Origin: Escherichia coli
Lineage (GTDB): Bacteria; Pseudomonadota; Gammaproteobacteria; Enterobacterales; Enterobacteriaceae
DNA length: 33,649 bases
Assembly (NCBI RefSeq): GCF_003334255.1
Contig: NZ_QOWU01000057.1
Direction: 5' to 3' (one strand)
In this document: positions 1 through 12,511 of the stretch, piece by piece
How the letters are laid out: every line of letters begins with the position of its first letter
How positions within the stretch are numbered: the first letter of the stretch is position 1
Notes under the pieces: generated by a model
The model's database searches: none
The model's input: the letters and a program-made list of their open reading frames with translations, nothing else
What the model was told of the DNA's origin: nothing
Translations under genes and position numbers: made by a program

Positions 1-1288
<1,288 letters not shown>

Positions 1289-1293
1289 AATAA

Positions 1294-2025
<732 letters not shown>

Positions 2026-2038
2026 GCTGAAGAAATAA

Positions 2039-2722
<684 letters not shown>

Positions 2723-3196
2723 TTAACTTAAAGAGTCTGTTTCAGGACATGAAATATCCAATCCGGGCAGACGGGTAATGATTCTGCTCATCACCACACC
2801 TGCCAGCAATGCAGGAATGATGCGGACAACGAGACTGTCACCAGAAAGAATGTTTTCAAACAACTCCGAGGAAGCCATGCCCTTAATATGTACAATAACT
2901 GCACAATAGATCTCGGTGATAACGACGCCACCTATGCCACCAGCCAGACAACGATAATTTTTCTGTGACCCGATCTTTTCCGGCAGACAGGCGACCATCA
3001 CGCCGGTTAACAATGCAGGAATAGCTCCCGTAGTAATCGACAATAAGAGAAACAATGGAAGTACCTGTATTATTACCAAAAGAACCAGCGGTTCTTTTGC
3101 GAAGAATATGTAGAGGACAAGAAACAGAACACCAATTAACGGTCCTAAAACCGCAAAATAAAGTCCGTGATGTATTACCCGACGTGAAACAGACAT
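2723..3196 (-). CDS. cbrB: CbrB (YieI), small inner-membrane protein (157 aa)
   Basis: ORF 2723..3229 trimmed to ATG at 3196 (MSVSRRVIHHGLYFAVLGPLIG…); strongly hydrophobic, several predicted transmembrane segments. Confidence 0.8.
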   Translation of the reverse strand: MSVSRRVIHHGLYFAVLGPLIGVLFLVLYIFFAKEPLVLLVIIQVLPLFLLLSITTGAIPALLTGVMVACLPEKIGSQKNYRCLAGGIGGVVITEIYCAVIVHIKGMASSELFENILSGDSLVVRIIPALLAGVVMSRIITRLPGLDISCPETDSLS

Positions 3197-3262
3197 ATCA
3201 AACACCCTTAACTTACCTTTGAGCGCCAATTTAAGCGGGGTAAGTGAAGGGAGTGTGAAGAA

Positions 3263-3928
3263 CTATGCCGTAATATCCCAACCACGCGCTTTCCACAGTT
3301 CCGGTAACTGCGAAAGATGGGTAAAGGTGGTGACTTTCGGGTGAACGATCGGCTTATTGTGCGGGTCGGCGCAGAAGTAGAACACTTCCATACCTGCGTC
3401 GATACCAGATTGCGCACCGGCAACTGAGTCATCAACCAGAATGCAGTTTTCTACATTTACATTCATCGCTTTTGCCGCATGGAACATTAACGCCGGGTCT
3501 GGCTTCCAGCGCTGAATATCGTAGCCGCTGAACAGTTTATCCGGGAAGTAGTGCAACATATTCAGCTTGCCCATAGAATGCTGCATTTTGTTATTTGGGC
3601 CGTTAGATACCACACACATTGGCGCAGTGATCGCTGACAGGAGCGCTCCAGCCCCTTCGATGGCTTCCAGTTCTGAATCGAACAGCCGAGCGACTTCTGC
3701 ACGGTAAACGTGTTCAGCTTCTGTTTTCGCTAACGTAACACCATGTTCAAGGGAAACAATATCGATAATTTCGTACAGTTTTACACCTTTGAAACGTTTG
3801 AATACCTCTTCAGGATCGAGCGTAATACCAAATTCCTGAAACATCGTTACATATGCGCGGGAGCAAATGACTTCACTGTCGACCAGCGTACCGTCGCAGT
3901 CGAAAAATACCGCTTCTATCTGGGACAT
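3263..3928 (-). CDS. yieH: YieH, HAD-superfamily phosphatase (6-phosphogluconate phosphatase) (221 aa)
   Basis: N-terminal HAD motif VFFDCDGTLVDS; 221 aa; K-12 synteny. Confidence 0.9.
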   Translation of the reverse strand: MSQIEAVFFDCDGTLVDSEVICSRAYVTMFQEFGITLDPEEVFKRFKGVKLYEIIDIVSLEHGVTLAKTEAEHVYRAEVARLFDSELEAIEGAGALLSAITAPMCVVSNGPNNKMQHSMGKLNMLHYFPDKLFSGYDIQRWKPDPALMFHAAKAMNVNVENCILVDDSVAGAQSGIDAGMEVFYFCADPHNKPIVHPKVTTFTHLSQLPELWKARGWDITA

Positions 3929-4094
3929 GTCTTTCCTTTATCGTTAGTTTAACGTTTTCGTCATGCCAATTCGCATGACGCAATCGTTGCCGTATAAGCA
4001 AATACAATGAAAAAAAGTTATCTTCAGCCGTCCATATTGTCTCATTTTGGTATACGATAGCGACGGATTTTCCCTCCTTGTTCGGAAATAGATA

Positions 4095-5432
4095 ATGAGT
4101 CAACAACACACAACCCAGGCTTCTGGCCAGGGGATGCTGGAACGCGTGTTTAAACTGCGCGAACATGGCACGACGGCACGGACCGAAGTGATCGCCGGTT
4201 TTACCACCTTCCTGACGATGGTTTACATCGTTTTTGTTAACCCGCAAATTCTTGGCGTTGCTGGCATGGATACCAGCGCCGTCTTCGTTACTACCTGTCT
4301 GATTGCTGCATTCGGCAGTATTATGATGGGACTGTTTGCTAACCTGCCAGTTGCACTGGCACCCGCTATGGGCCTGAATGCGTTCTTCGCTTTTGTGGTT
4401 GTGCAGGCGATGGGCTTGCCGTGGCAAGTCGGGATGGGCGCAATCTTCTGGGGTGCGATTGGTCTGCTGTTACTGACGATTTTCCGCGTTCGCTACTGGA
4501 TGATTGCCAACATTCCGGTAAGTCTGCGTGTGGGCATCACCAGCGGTATCGGTCTGTTCATTGGTATGATGGGACTGAAGAATGCAGGTGTGATTGTCGC
4601 TAACCCGGAAACGCTGGTCAGCATCGGTAACCTGACTTCTCACAGCGTGCTGCTGGGGATCCTCGGCTTCTTCATCATCGCTATTCTGGCCTCGCGCAAC
4701 ATTCACGCGGCGGTGCTGGTTTCCATCGTGGTGACAACGCTGCTGGGCTGGATGCTGGGTGATGTCCACTACAATGGCATCGTTTCTGCGCCGCCGAGCG
4801 TAATGACTGTCGTGGGCCATGTAGATTTAGCCGGGTCGTTTAACCTCGGGCTGGCAGGGGTGATTTTCTCTTTCATGCTGGTCAACCTGTTTGACTCCTC
4901 CGGTACGCTGATTGGCGTGACCGATAAAGCAGGCCTGGCGGATGAGAAGGGTAAATTCCCGCGCATGAAGCAGGCGCTGTATGTCGACAGTATCTCTTCC
5001 GTGACCGGTTCGTTTATCGGTACTTCTTCCGTTACGGCTTATATTGAGTCCTCTTCCGGCGTATCGGTTGGCGGTCGTACCGGTCTGACGGCAGTGGTTG
5101 TTGGTCTGCTGTTCCTGCTGGTTATCTTTCTGTCGCCGCTGGCGGGAATGGTGCCAGGCTACGCTGCAGCTGGCGCGTTGATCTACGTTGGCGTGTTGAT
5201 GACCTCAAGTCTTGCTCGCGTGAACTGGCAGGATCTTACTGAATCTGTTCCGGCGTTTATTACCGCCGTGATGATGCCGTTCAGCTTTTCGATTACCGAA
5301 GGTATTGCGCTGGGCTTTATCTCCTACTGCGTGATGAAGATTGGTACCGGGCGTCTGCGTGACCTTAGCCCGTGCGTAATCATCGTTGCGCTGATGTTTA
5401 TCCTGAAGATTGTATTTATCGACGCTCATTAA
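4095..5432 (+). CDS. adeP: AdeP (YieG/PurP), adenine permease, NCS2 family (445 aa)
   Basis: 445-aa polytopic membrane ORF; divergent from yieH as in K-12. Confidence 0.9.
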   Translation: MSQQHTTQASGQGMLERVFKLREHGTTARTEVIAGFTTFLTMVYIVFVNPQILGVAGMDTSAVFVTTCLIAAFGSIMMGLFANLPVALAPAMGLNAFFAFVVVQAMGLPWQVGMGAIFWGAIGLLLLTIFRVRYWMIANIPVSLRVGITSGIGLFIGMMGLKNAGVIVANPETLVSIGNLTSHSVLLGILGFFIIAILASRNIHAAVLVSIVVTTLLGWMLGDVHYNGIVSAPPSVMTVVGHVDLAGSFNLGLAGVIFSFMLVNLFDSSGTLIGVTDKAGLADEKGKFPRMKQALYVDSISSVTGSFIGTSSVTAYIESSSGVSVGGRTGLTAVVVGLLFLLVIFLSPLAGMVPGYAAAGALIYVGVLMTSSLARVNWQDLTESVPAFITAVMMPFSFSITEGIALGFISYCVMKIGTGRLRDLSPCVIIVALMFILKIVFIDAH

Positions 5433-5452
5433 AATCGATAGCGCATTAAAAA

Positions 5453-5489
5453 CCTGCCATGCATGATTACTGGCGGGTTTTTTATTTAG
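5453..5489. terminator. Candidate bidirectional intrinsic terminator between convergent adeP and chrR
   Basis: Hairpin CCTGCCA…TGGCGGG (7 bp, one G-U pair) followed by TTTTTTATTT on + strand and preceded by an A-run (serves the - strand). Confidence 0.5.
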
Positions 5490-6052
5490 ATCTTAACTCG
5501 CTGAATAAACTCACCAAATGCGGTCAATTGCCCGGTCAGGTGGTCCAGCGTACCCTGATCAATCACTTCTCCGGTTTGCGGATCAACTTTGTTCTGAATC
5601 ACGCCGCCCATAAATTCCGGCTTGTTCATCACCATTGCATCGAGGAAAACCAGAATCTGGCGCAGGTGATACTGACAGCGCGCGCCGCCAATCACGCCCA
5701 TTGAGCTGGTCTGAATCAACACCGGTTTACCTGCCAGCGGTTGATCCGGCAGGCGGGAAAGCCAGTCGATGGCATTTTTCAGCCCACCCGGTACCGAGTA
5801 GTTATATTCCGGCGTGACGATCACCACACCGTCAGCCTGACGGATCTGTTCCGCCAGAGCTTCAACCGTTGCTGGAAAACCGTCTTCCTGCTGTACGTCA
5901 GCGTCATACAGAGGAATGTCGGCAATGGAAGGTAACGCATTGACTTCCATGCTTGCCGGAGCAATTTTCGGCAGGGTACGTGCAACCATGCCATTAAATG
6001 AGCCTTTGCGCAGGCTCCCCAGTAACGTAACCACCTGCAATTTTTCAGACAT
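5486..6052 (-). CDS. chrR: ChrR (YieF), NAD(P)H-dependent FMN reductase / chromate-quinone reductase (188 aa)
   Basis: 188-aa ORF, ATG at 6052; flavodoxin-like NADPH-dependent FMN reductase sequence (MSEKLQVVTLLGSLRKGSFN…). Confidence 0.9.
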   Translation of the reverse strand: MSEKLQVVTLLGSLRKGSFNGMVARTLPKIAPASMEVNALPSIADIPLYDADVQQEDGFPATVEALAEQIRQADGVVIVTPEYNYSVPGGLKNAIDWLSRLPDQPLAGKPVLIQTSSMGVIGGARCQYHLRQILVFLDAMVMNKPEFMGGVIQNKVDPQTGEVIDQGTLDHLTGQLTAFGEFIQRVKI

Positions 6053-6073
6053 GATGACTCCTGTGGTTGTCTA

Positions 6074-6823
6074 TCAATTTGGCGAAAAAGCCTTCACGGT
6101 AGAGAGCTGGGCAAAACGCATCATCCGGCTGGTAGGATTGTTGGCGCGGCTGTGAATATCCGGCAGGCTTTTCCAGCCGTGTTTGCCATCGAACTCCCAG
6201 ACACTGAGCTTTTCAATCGTGGGCGTGACCGCCACGGACCACACCAGCACGTCCTCCGCGTCGCATAACGCTTCTACATGATTTACATGAGCACATTTCA
6301 GGCGTCCGGCAATGGGCAGCAGCTGCAGATCGCGCGGATCGTCATTCAAAACATCACCGGTTAGTTTTAGCACGCTTCGGCGCAGCGTGATGAGCTGCGC
6401 CCGCGCTTCGTTAGGATCGTTTTGTTTACTGATCCATAGCGATTCATTGCTGGAAAAGGTGTGGTTATCGGGCGCGTGTGGGCTATGAAACCCGCGCGTC
6501 GCACGCTGTAGTTCCATATCGAGACCACATTCACCTTCGGTTGTTAACGCCACGCCAACCATATTCCCGGCATAGGAAATAGAAAACGAAGGCAAATTTT
6601 TATCACTGAAAACCGGTTTACCTTTCGGCAGGGTGACGATTTCCGGCAATTCGCCAATGCCATACAGCATGAACATCAGTTCTGCGAGTAAACCTCTAGA
6701 CGCCAGAAAACGGCTTTGACGATGAGGGGGAATGTTTCGGGCTTCTTGATGACACTGGGAGGGGAGACGAACAGAAATCAGATGTCCTTCCGTTAAAATC
6801 CCTCGGGCAAAGTGAGTCGCCAT
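6074..6823 (-). CDS. yieE: YieE, 4'-phosphopantetheinyl transferase family protein (249 aa)
   Basis: ORF 6074..6835 trimmed to ATG at 6823 (MATHFARGIL…); immediately upstream of chrR in the same orientation. Confidence 0.8.
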   Translation of the reverse strand: MATHFARGILTEGHLISVRLPSQCHQEARNIPPHRQSRFLASRGLLAELMFMLYGIGELPEIVTLPKGKPVFSDKNLPSFSISYAGNMVGVALTTEGECGLDMELQRATRGFHSPHAPDNHTFSSNESLWISKQNDPNEARAQLITLRRSVLKLTGDVLNDDPRDLQLLPIAGRLKCAHVNHVEALCDAEDVLVWSVAVTPTIEKLSVWEFDGKHGWKSLPDIHSRANNPTSRMMRFAQLSTVKAFSPN

Positions 6824-6979
6824 TTTTCGCTCCATGCTTAATGGTCCATTATGAATACAAGAGTAATCATTTACTGGAATGATGGACAGACTAAAGCGGC
6901 TAAAAGTTCGATTCAGACAAGCTTATTACAACTTTTTTACATTTTATTGTGAAATTGGGTCGCGTTTCATACGATTCGG

Positions 6980-7939
6980 TTATGCCATCGACGCGTAAAG
7001 GTTTTTAATGGTTTCCCGTAACCAGACGATCTTCGGATTATGGCTGTTCCGTTTATGCCACAGCAGGGTAAAAGGAACTTCCAGCTTTTTTTGCTGGCTT
7101 TCGTCAAACGGGAGAGGAAGAGCAACCAACGGCAGTTGATGGAGTTGATTGTAGTACTGACAGTAGCGCGGCGCGGTCGCCAGTAGCAGATTGTCGGGTT
7201 GCGCTGCCATAAACAGTGACTGCTCAAATTCCGGCAGGCTCATAGCAATCGTGCGTTCGCGCCCCAGCTCCTGTAACACATTGTCCAGCGCCCAGGTGTC
7301 GCTCTGTTCCCAGCAAATGCTGATATGCGGATAACGTAAAAAGGTGTCCAGATTCCACGTTTCATGCAGTGCCGGATGATCTTTGCGTAACCAGACGCAG
7401 GGTACATCACTAAACAGCACTTCATAATCAATGGCTAACGGTAGCGAGCTTAACAGCTCCCGCGAGCGAGGATGGCTTTCGCGACCGGAAAAACCAATAT
7501 CCACTTCACCACGAGTAATGGCATCTAAGGAATCGTAATCCCAGTTACGTAGTTTGATGGTCGCCTGCGGGTAACGTTGGTAGATCCGTTTCGACAGCGC
7601 ATTAAGCATGATCATCATCAGCGGCGATTCCGCCGCCAACTCAAACTTCAGGCCGCGCGGTGTCTGGTGGTGCGGTTTATCCAGCAGCAGATTGCTCATT
7701 TGCATCCATTCCGCCAGATTTTGCTCCATGCTGACCATTAGCGGTGTGGGCGACAGCCCCAGCGGTGAGTTCACAAAGAGCGGGTCGTCAAACCACGCTC
7801 TTAACTTTGCCAGCGACTTACTCACCGCTGAAGGGGTCACGTTCATCCGCTTCGCCGCTTTGGTCACGCTGCGCTCCTGCATCAGCAGTTGCAGACAGAG
7901 CAGCAGATTGAGATCAAGCGTGGTGATGGATTTCTTCAT
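6980..7939 (-). CDS. yidZ: YidZ, LysR-family transcriptional regulator (319 aa)
   Basis: ORF trimmed to ATG at 7939 ([43 protein letters not shown]… = LysR-type HTH); overlaps mdtL 3' end by 26 nt. Confidence 0.85.
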
Positions 7940-9089
7940 GAGCGGCAACGGGGCGTCCAGGCGCGACGAACATAATCAGCAACAGGCTCACTATGCTACA
8001 GGCAATCAGAATCCCGATCAGCATATTCCATGCGCCGATACCAACCACCGCTGCCAGCCAAATCCACAGTGACGAACCGCAAACCTGCGCAATACCTAAG
8101 GTCGAGCTGGCTACGCCCGCGCGTAATGAAAACGGCCCTAACGCCTGACTCATCGCCACACCAAAACCTACCGAGAAACCGGCGCAAATCAGCGTGATAC
8201 CAAACAGAGAAACCGCATGGGAAGGTGAAACGGCAAGAGTGATCCCCGCCGCCAGGAATAACACCTGCGAGGTGATCATCAACGTACGTGGCTTAAAAAT
8301 TCCCAGCGCAAATGGCGTGGAGAATGAAACGGTCATGCTGACGCCAGCGGTCAGCGCCATAATGGTGGCGTATTCACCGCGCTCAAACCCCATGATTTCC
8401 ATCAGCAATACCGGTGACGTGTTGACGAAAGTGAGGATCACCGAAACGCTGAGGGTGGTGATAACAACACGGCTGAGGAAAAAACGGTTAAGCAGCGACT
8501 CGCTATTTTCTCGTGGTTTATCCGAAGCTGCGGGGGCCGCTGGGCGCGTTTCTTTTAAAATAAACAAAGACAACATCAGTACCGCGATGCCCATCATTGC
8601 CATCGCCCAGAACAGACTCTGCCACGGGAATTTAAGCATAATCAGATGTCCGAGCACTGGCGCTAACACCGGAATGATGCAGGTAATACCGTTGAGTAAT
8701 GACAGCACTTTAGCCCGACGTCGATCATCCAGCGTGTCGCGCAAAATAGCGAACGCCACTACGTAACAACAGCCTGCGCCCAACCCCTGTAGAAATCGGC
8801 CTGCAAGAAATAACGTGCTGGTTTCAGCCAGTGAACAGAACACCGAGGCAATAATAAATAGCGCCGCGCCGGGTATGGCGACCGGCTTTCTCCCTGAACG
8901 ATCGGCCACTTTACCGGCAAATAACATCGCAGCTGCCATCCCCGCCAGATATACGGAGAACGCAATATGCAACTGCGCTTCGCTGGCATTGAGATCGGCG
9001 GCGATGCGCGGTAAACCAACGAGGTACATATCAATCCCGGCGGGATAAAGTAAAACCAGGGCAAAACTACAAATCAAAAAGCGGGACAT
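7914..9089 (-). CDS. mdtL: MdtL, major-facilitator-superfamily multidrug efflux transporter (391 aa)
   Basis: 391-aa polytopic membrane ORF, ATG at 9089; K-12 synteny downstream of tnaB. Confidence 0.9.
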
Positions 9090-9185
9090 GGGCTAAAGCG
9101 TCCTGATAGTAAGGTGACGCAAAGCATACGTGGTGAAGGAGGATCAGGCGAGTTGCCATTTGGACATAAGTGATTTCCTGAGAGG

Positions 9186-9214
9186 CAAGAAGCCAGCGAA
9201 TGGCTGGCTTCTTG
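9186..9214 (-). terminator. Strong hairpin immediately downstream of the tnaB stop; candidate tna operon terminator (no U-tract)
   Basis: Perfect 12-bp stem CAAGAAGCCAGC / GCTGGCTTCTTG with 5-nt loop, 7 nt after the tnaB stop; no T-run on either strand. Confidence 0.45.
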
Positions 9215-9220
9215 AAGGAT

Positions 9221-10468
9221 TTAGCCAAATTTAGGTAACACGTTAAAGACGTTGCCGAACCAGCACAAAATCACGGTTATACCAAAGAGAATGACAATCG
9301 CCGGAATAAGATTGCCGCCCCAGACCGTGAACATCTGATTGGGAAACTTCTTGCGAGCTTTGATTGCAAGCACTGCGGGAATAATGACCGCCCAGATGGT
9401 GGCGCACAGCCCGGCACCGCCGATCCCGTAAATAAAGCCGTTCGGGAAGATCAGATACAACAACGCAGGTGGCAGGAAGGTTAACAGCACGGTTTTGAAA
9501 CGCCCGCCGTGGGAGTTATCAATCTTAAACAGGTCCGCCAGATAATCGAACAACCCCAGCGTGACACCAAAGAACGAACTGGCAACAGCTAAGTTAGAGA
9601 ACACCAGCAGGCAAAACTCGATAATGCCGTGCTGTTTGGTGCCGAGGAACGATTTCACCAGCGAATCAACGTTGCCGCCTGAGGAGATTATCGCCTTAAA
9701 GCTTTCGCGCGGAATATTCCCCATCGTGCAATAGAGCCAGAAGAGATAAATCACCAGCGCCAGCAGCGAACCAAATACCACGCTTTTGATTAACTTATCT
9801 TTGCGTTTTCCATAGCAAATAATCAGGCTGGGAATATTGCCGTGGAAACCAAATGACGCCAGACACACCGGCAAAGCCATAAAGATATACGGGAAGTAAG
9901 ACGTTCCCGCAGTGGTGCTGGTGGCATCGCGCAGGATGGAGTAATCGACCTGGAAGAAGAAAGAACCAAACACGATCACAAAGGAGATAATCTTCAGCCC
10001 GAGGAACAATGAGGTAATGCGACTGGCGGCTAACGAACTTATCCACAATACGCTGGCAACGAAAATGGCTGTGCAGATCCCGACAATACGTGGATTAGCG
10101 TGATAGCCCAAATTCATTGATATCGTTTCACTAATGATCGCACCATTAGCAGAGATATAGGCATAAGTGAGGATATAGAGAACGAAGGCAACGGTAATAC
10201 CGCTGATAATGTTCCAGGTGTTACCGATTAAATCTTTGGTGATGGTGTTAAAACTGGAGCCGACAGGATAATTTAAATTTGCTTCTAATAACAATAACCC
10301 GGAATGAAGCATTGAAAACCAGGCAATGATAAGGATAAAGGCACCCCAGAAAAACCAGGCACCGGCAAGATCAACAGGTAAAGCAAACATACCTCCACCA
10401 ATTACTGTACCTGCTATAACCATAACACCCCAAAATGCAGAGTGCTTTTTTTCAGCTTGATCAGTCAT
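9221..10468 (-). CDS. tnaB: TnaB, low-affinity tryptophan permease (415 aa)
   Basis: 415-aa membrane ORF, ATG at 10468; directly downstream of tnaA. Confidence 0.93.
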   Translation of the reverse strand: MTDQAEKKHSAFWGVMVIAGTVIGGGMFALPVDLAGAWFFWGAFILIIAWFSMLHSGLLLLEANLNYPVGSSFNTITKDLIGNTWNIISGITVAFVLYILTYAYISANGAIISETISMNLGYHANPRIVGICTAIFVASVLWISSLAASRITSLFLGLKIISFVIVFGSFFFQVDYSILRDATSTTAGTSYFPYIFMALPVCLASFGFHGNIPSLIICYGKRKDKLIKSVVFGSLLALVIYLFWLYCTMGNIPRESFKAIISSGGNVDSLVKSFLGTKQHGIIEFCLLVFSNLAVASSFFGVTLGLFDYLADLFKIDNSHGGRFKTVLLTFLPPALLYLIFPNGFIYGIGGAGLCATIWAVIIPAVLAIKARKKFPNQMFTVWGGNLIPAIVILFGITVILCWFGNVFNVLPKFG

Positions 10469-10558
10469 GATGCCACCTTTAGAGGAAGGCTATTTTTGTT
10501 ATTGAGGATGTAGGGTAAGAGAGTGGCTAACATCCTTATAGCCACTCTGTAGTATTAA

Positions 10559-11974
10559 TTAAACTTCTTTCAGTTTTGCGGTGAAGTGACGCAATACTTT
10601 TGGTTCGTAGGTAAAGGTTAATCCTTTAATATTCGCCGCGTTCTCTTTCACATGTTTAAAGGCTTCAATAATGAAGTCCATATGTGTTTGAGTATATGTT
10701 GCGCGCGGAATGGTTAAACGCAGCAGTTCAGCCGGGCATGGCAGTTGTTTACCGGTTTTCGGATCGCGGCCTAACAGGAAAGAGCCAATTTCTACCGCAC
10801 GGATACCGGCGACTTTATACAGCTCGCACGCCAGCGCCTGTGCCGGGAACTGGTCTGCCGGGATATGCGGCAGCAGTTTACCGGCATCAACGAATGCCGC
10901 GTGACCGCCTGCCTGCTGGCAGACAACGCCAATCTCTTCCAGACCATCGACCAGATACTGTACCTGCGCGATACGATAAGCCAGCCAGTCGAGATTCATG
11001 CCGTCATACAGACCTACCGCCAGACGCTCCATCGCGCCGCCTTCCAGGCCGCCATATGTCGGGAAGCCTTCCTGCACCACGCAAAGGGTTCTGCACTCGG
11101 TGTACACATCAAAGAAGCTGTCGTCTTTCATGCACAGCAGGCCGCCCATCGGCACCATCGCATCTTTCTTGGCGGACATCGCCAGCATATCGGCATATTT
11201 GTAGGTTTCGCGGGTGATCTGCTCGATGGTCCAGTCTTTGTATTCTGCTTCACGCTGCTTGATGAAATAGGCGTTTTCAGCAAAGCGCGCGGAGTCCATT
11301 ACCACCGGAATATCGTATTTCTTCGCGATGCTGTACATCGCTTTTAAGTTTGCCAGTGAAACCGGCTGACCACCTGCAGAGTTACTGGTGATGGTTGCAA
11401 CGATATACGGCACGTTATTCGGACCAACTTCTTCAATACCGCGTTCTAATCCCTCAAGGTCAAAGTTGCCTTTAAAGTCGTAACGCACGCCCGTATCGAA
11501 GGCTTCTTTGATATAGACGTTACGCACGGTACAGCCGTTGATCTGGCTATGGCCCTGCGTGGTATCAAAGAAATAGTTAGAGAACGCCACCATTTTGCTG
11601 CGATCCAGGCCTTTTTCCTGCTCGCGTTTTTTAATCAGTACCGGAATATAGATTTGCTCTGCGCCACGGCCCTGGTGAGTCGGAATGGTGTATTGATAAC
11701 CAAAGATATTTTTCACTGACTCGGCTAACGCATAGTAGCTACGACTGCCGCTGTAAGCTTCGTCGCCGCGCATCATCGCAGCCTGCATGCTCTGCGTCAC
11801 CGCCCCGGTGCCGCTGTCGGTCAGTAAATCGATAAACACATCTTCGCTATCCAGCAGGAACGGGTTCATACCGGATTTAATAATTGCCTCTTCACGATAA
11901 GCGCGAGTGGTACGTTTTACTGGCTCAATAACACGAATGCGGAACGGTTCAGGGAGATGTTTAAAGTTTTCCAT
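10559..11974 (-). CDS. tnaA: TnaA, tryptophanase (tryptophan indole-lyase), PLP-dependent (471 aa)
   Basis: ORF 10559..11989 trimmed to ATG at 11974 ([18 protein letters not shown]…), AAGGAT Shine-Dalgarno upstream; PLP-lysine region [12 protein letters not shown] present. Confidence 0.96.
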
Positions 11975-12194
11975 TACATAATCCTTCATTTATTTTAATT
12001 ACAGTGATCCCTGTGAATATTACATCTGCTATACCGATTAATTCGCCAGATATATATGCAAGCACCATCATTTACTAAAACAAGTAAATAAACGAGAGAT
12101 GACCTTTGCAAAAGGCAAAATTAAGATATAGCAAACAAATAGATCACATTGAATCTAATCGGTTTGGCTCTGGTGATGGCTACAGAAGGGCAAA

Positions 12195-12269
12195 TCAAGG
12201 GCGGTGATCGACAATTTTGTTGTCAATATTGAACCATTTTGAGGTCACACATATATGTAAGATATTCAT
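12195..12269 (-). CDS. tnaC: TnaC (TnaL), 24-residue tryptophanase leader peptide MNILHICVTSKWFNIDNKIVDHRP
   Basis: Reverse complement of 12195..12269 translated by hand gives the 24-aa leader with Trp12 and C-terminal Pro24 followed by TGA; about 220-nt spacer to tnaA. Confidence 0.9.
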   Translation of the reverse strand: MNILHICVTSKWFNIDNKIVDHRP

Positions 12270-12344
12270 AATGCACTTATCCTCGCAAGACACGAGGCTA
12301 CATTATTACACTCAGAGTTTTTGTCTATTCTGAAATTGTTTAAA

Positions 12345-12360
12345 TGTGAATCGAATCACA
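12345..12360. promoter_or_regulatory. cAMP-CRP binding site of the tna promoter (TGTGA-N6-TCACA)
   Basis: Perfect TGTGAatcgaaTCACA palindrome about 80 bp upstream of the tnaC start, consistent with a class I CRP site for catabolite-repressed tna. Confidence 0.65.
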
Positions 12361-12511
12361 ATCGTTCGGGGAGCAATATTAAATGCTTTTTTTAAAGATT
12401 ATAAATTACGTAAGAATTTTAATGTTTAAAAAAAGGGTTGAGGAATAACAGGAGTGGTAACAATGAAGCGAAGCCGCATCTGACAGTCAGAATGCGGCTT
12501 CGTAAGCGCGG

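Noticed and set aside
10684-11347. ORFs of 177 and 160 aa on the + strand inside tnaA, and 190 aa (8194..8766) inside mdtL
   Set aside because: Antisense to strongly supported genes; Arg/Pro/Ser-rich translations without domain-like features.
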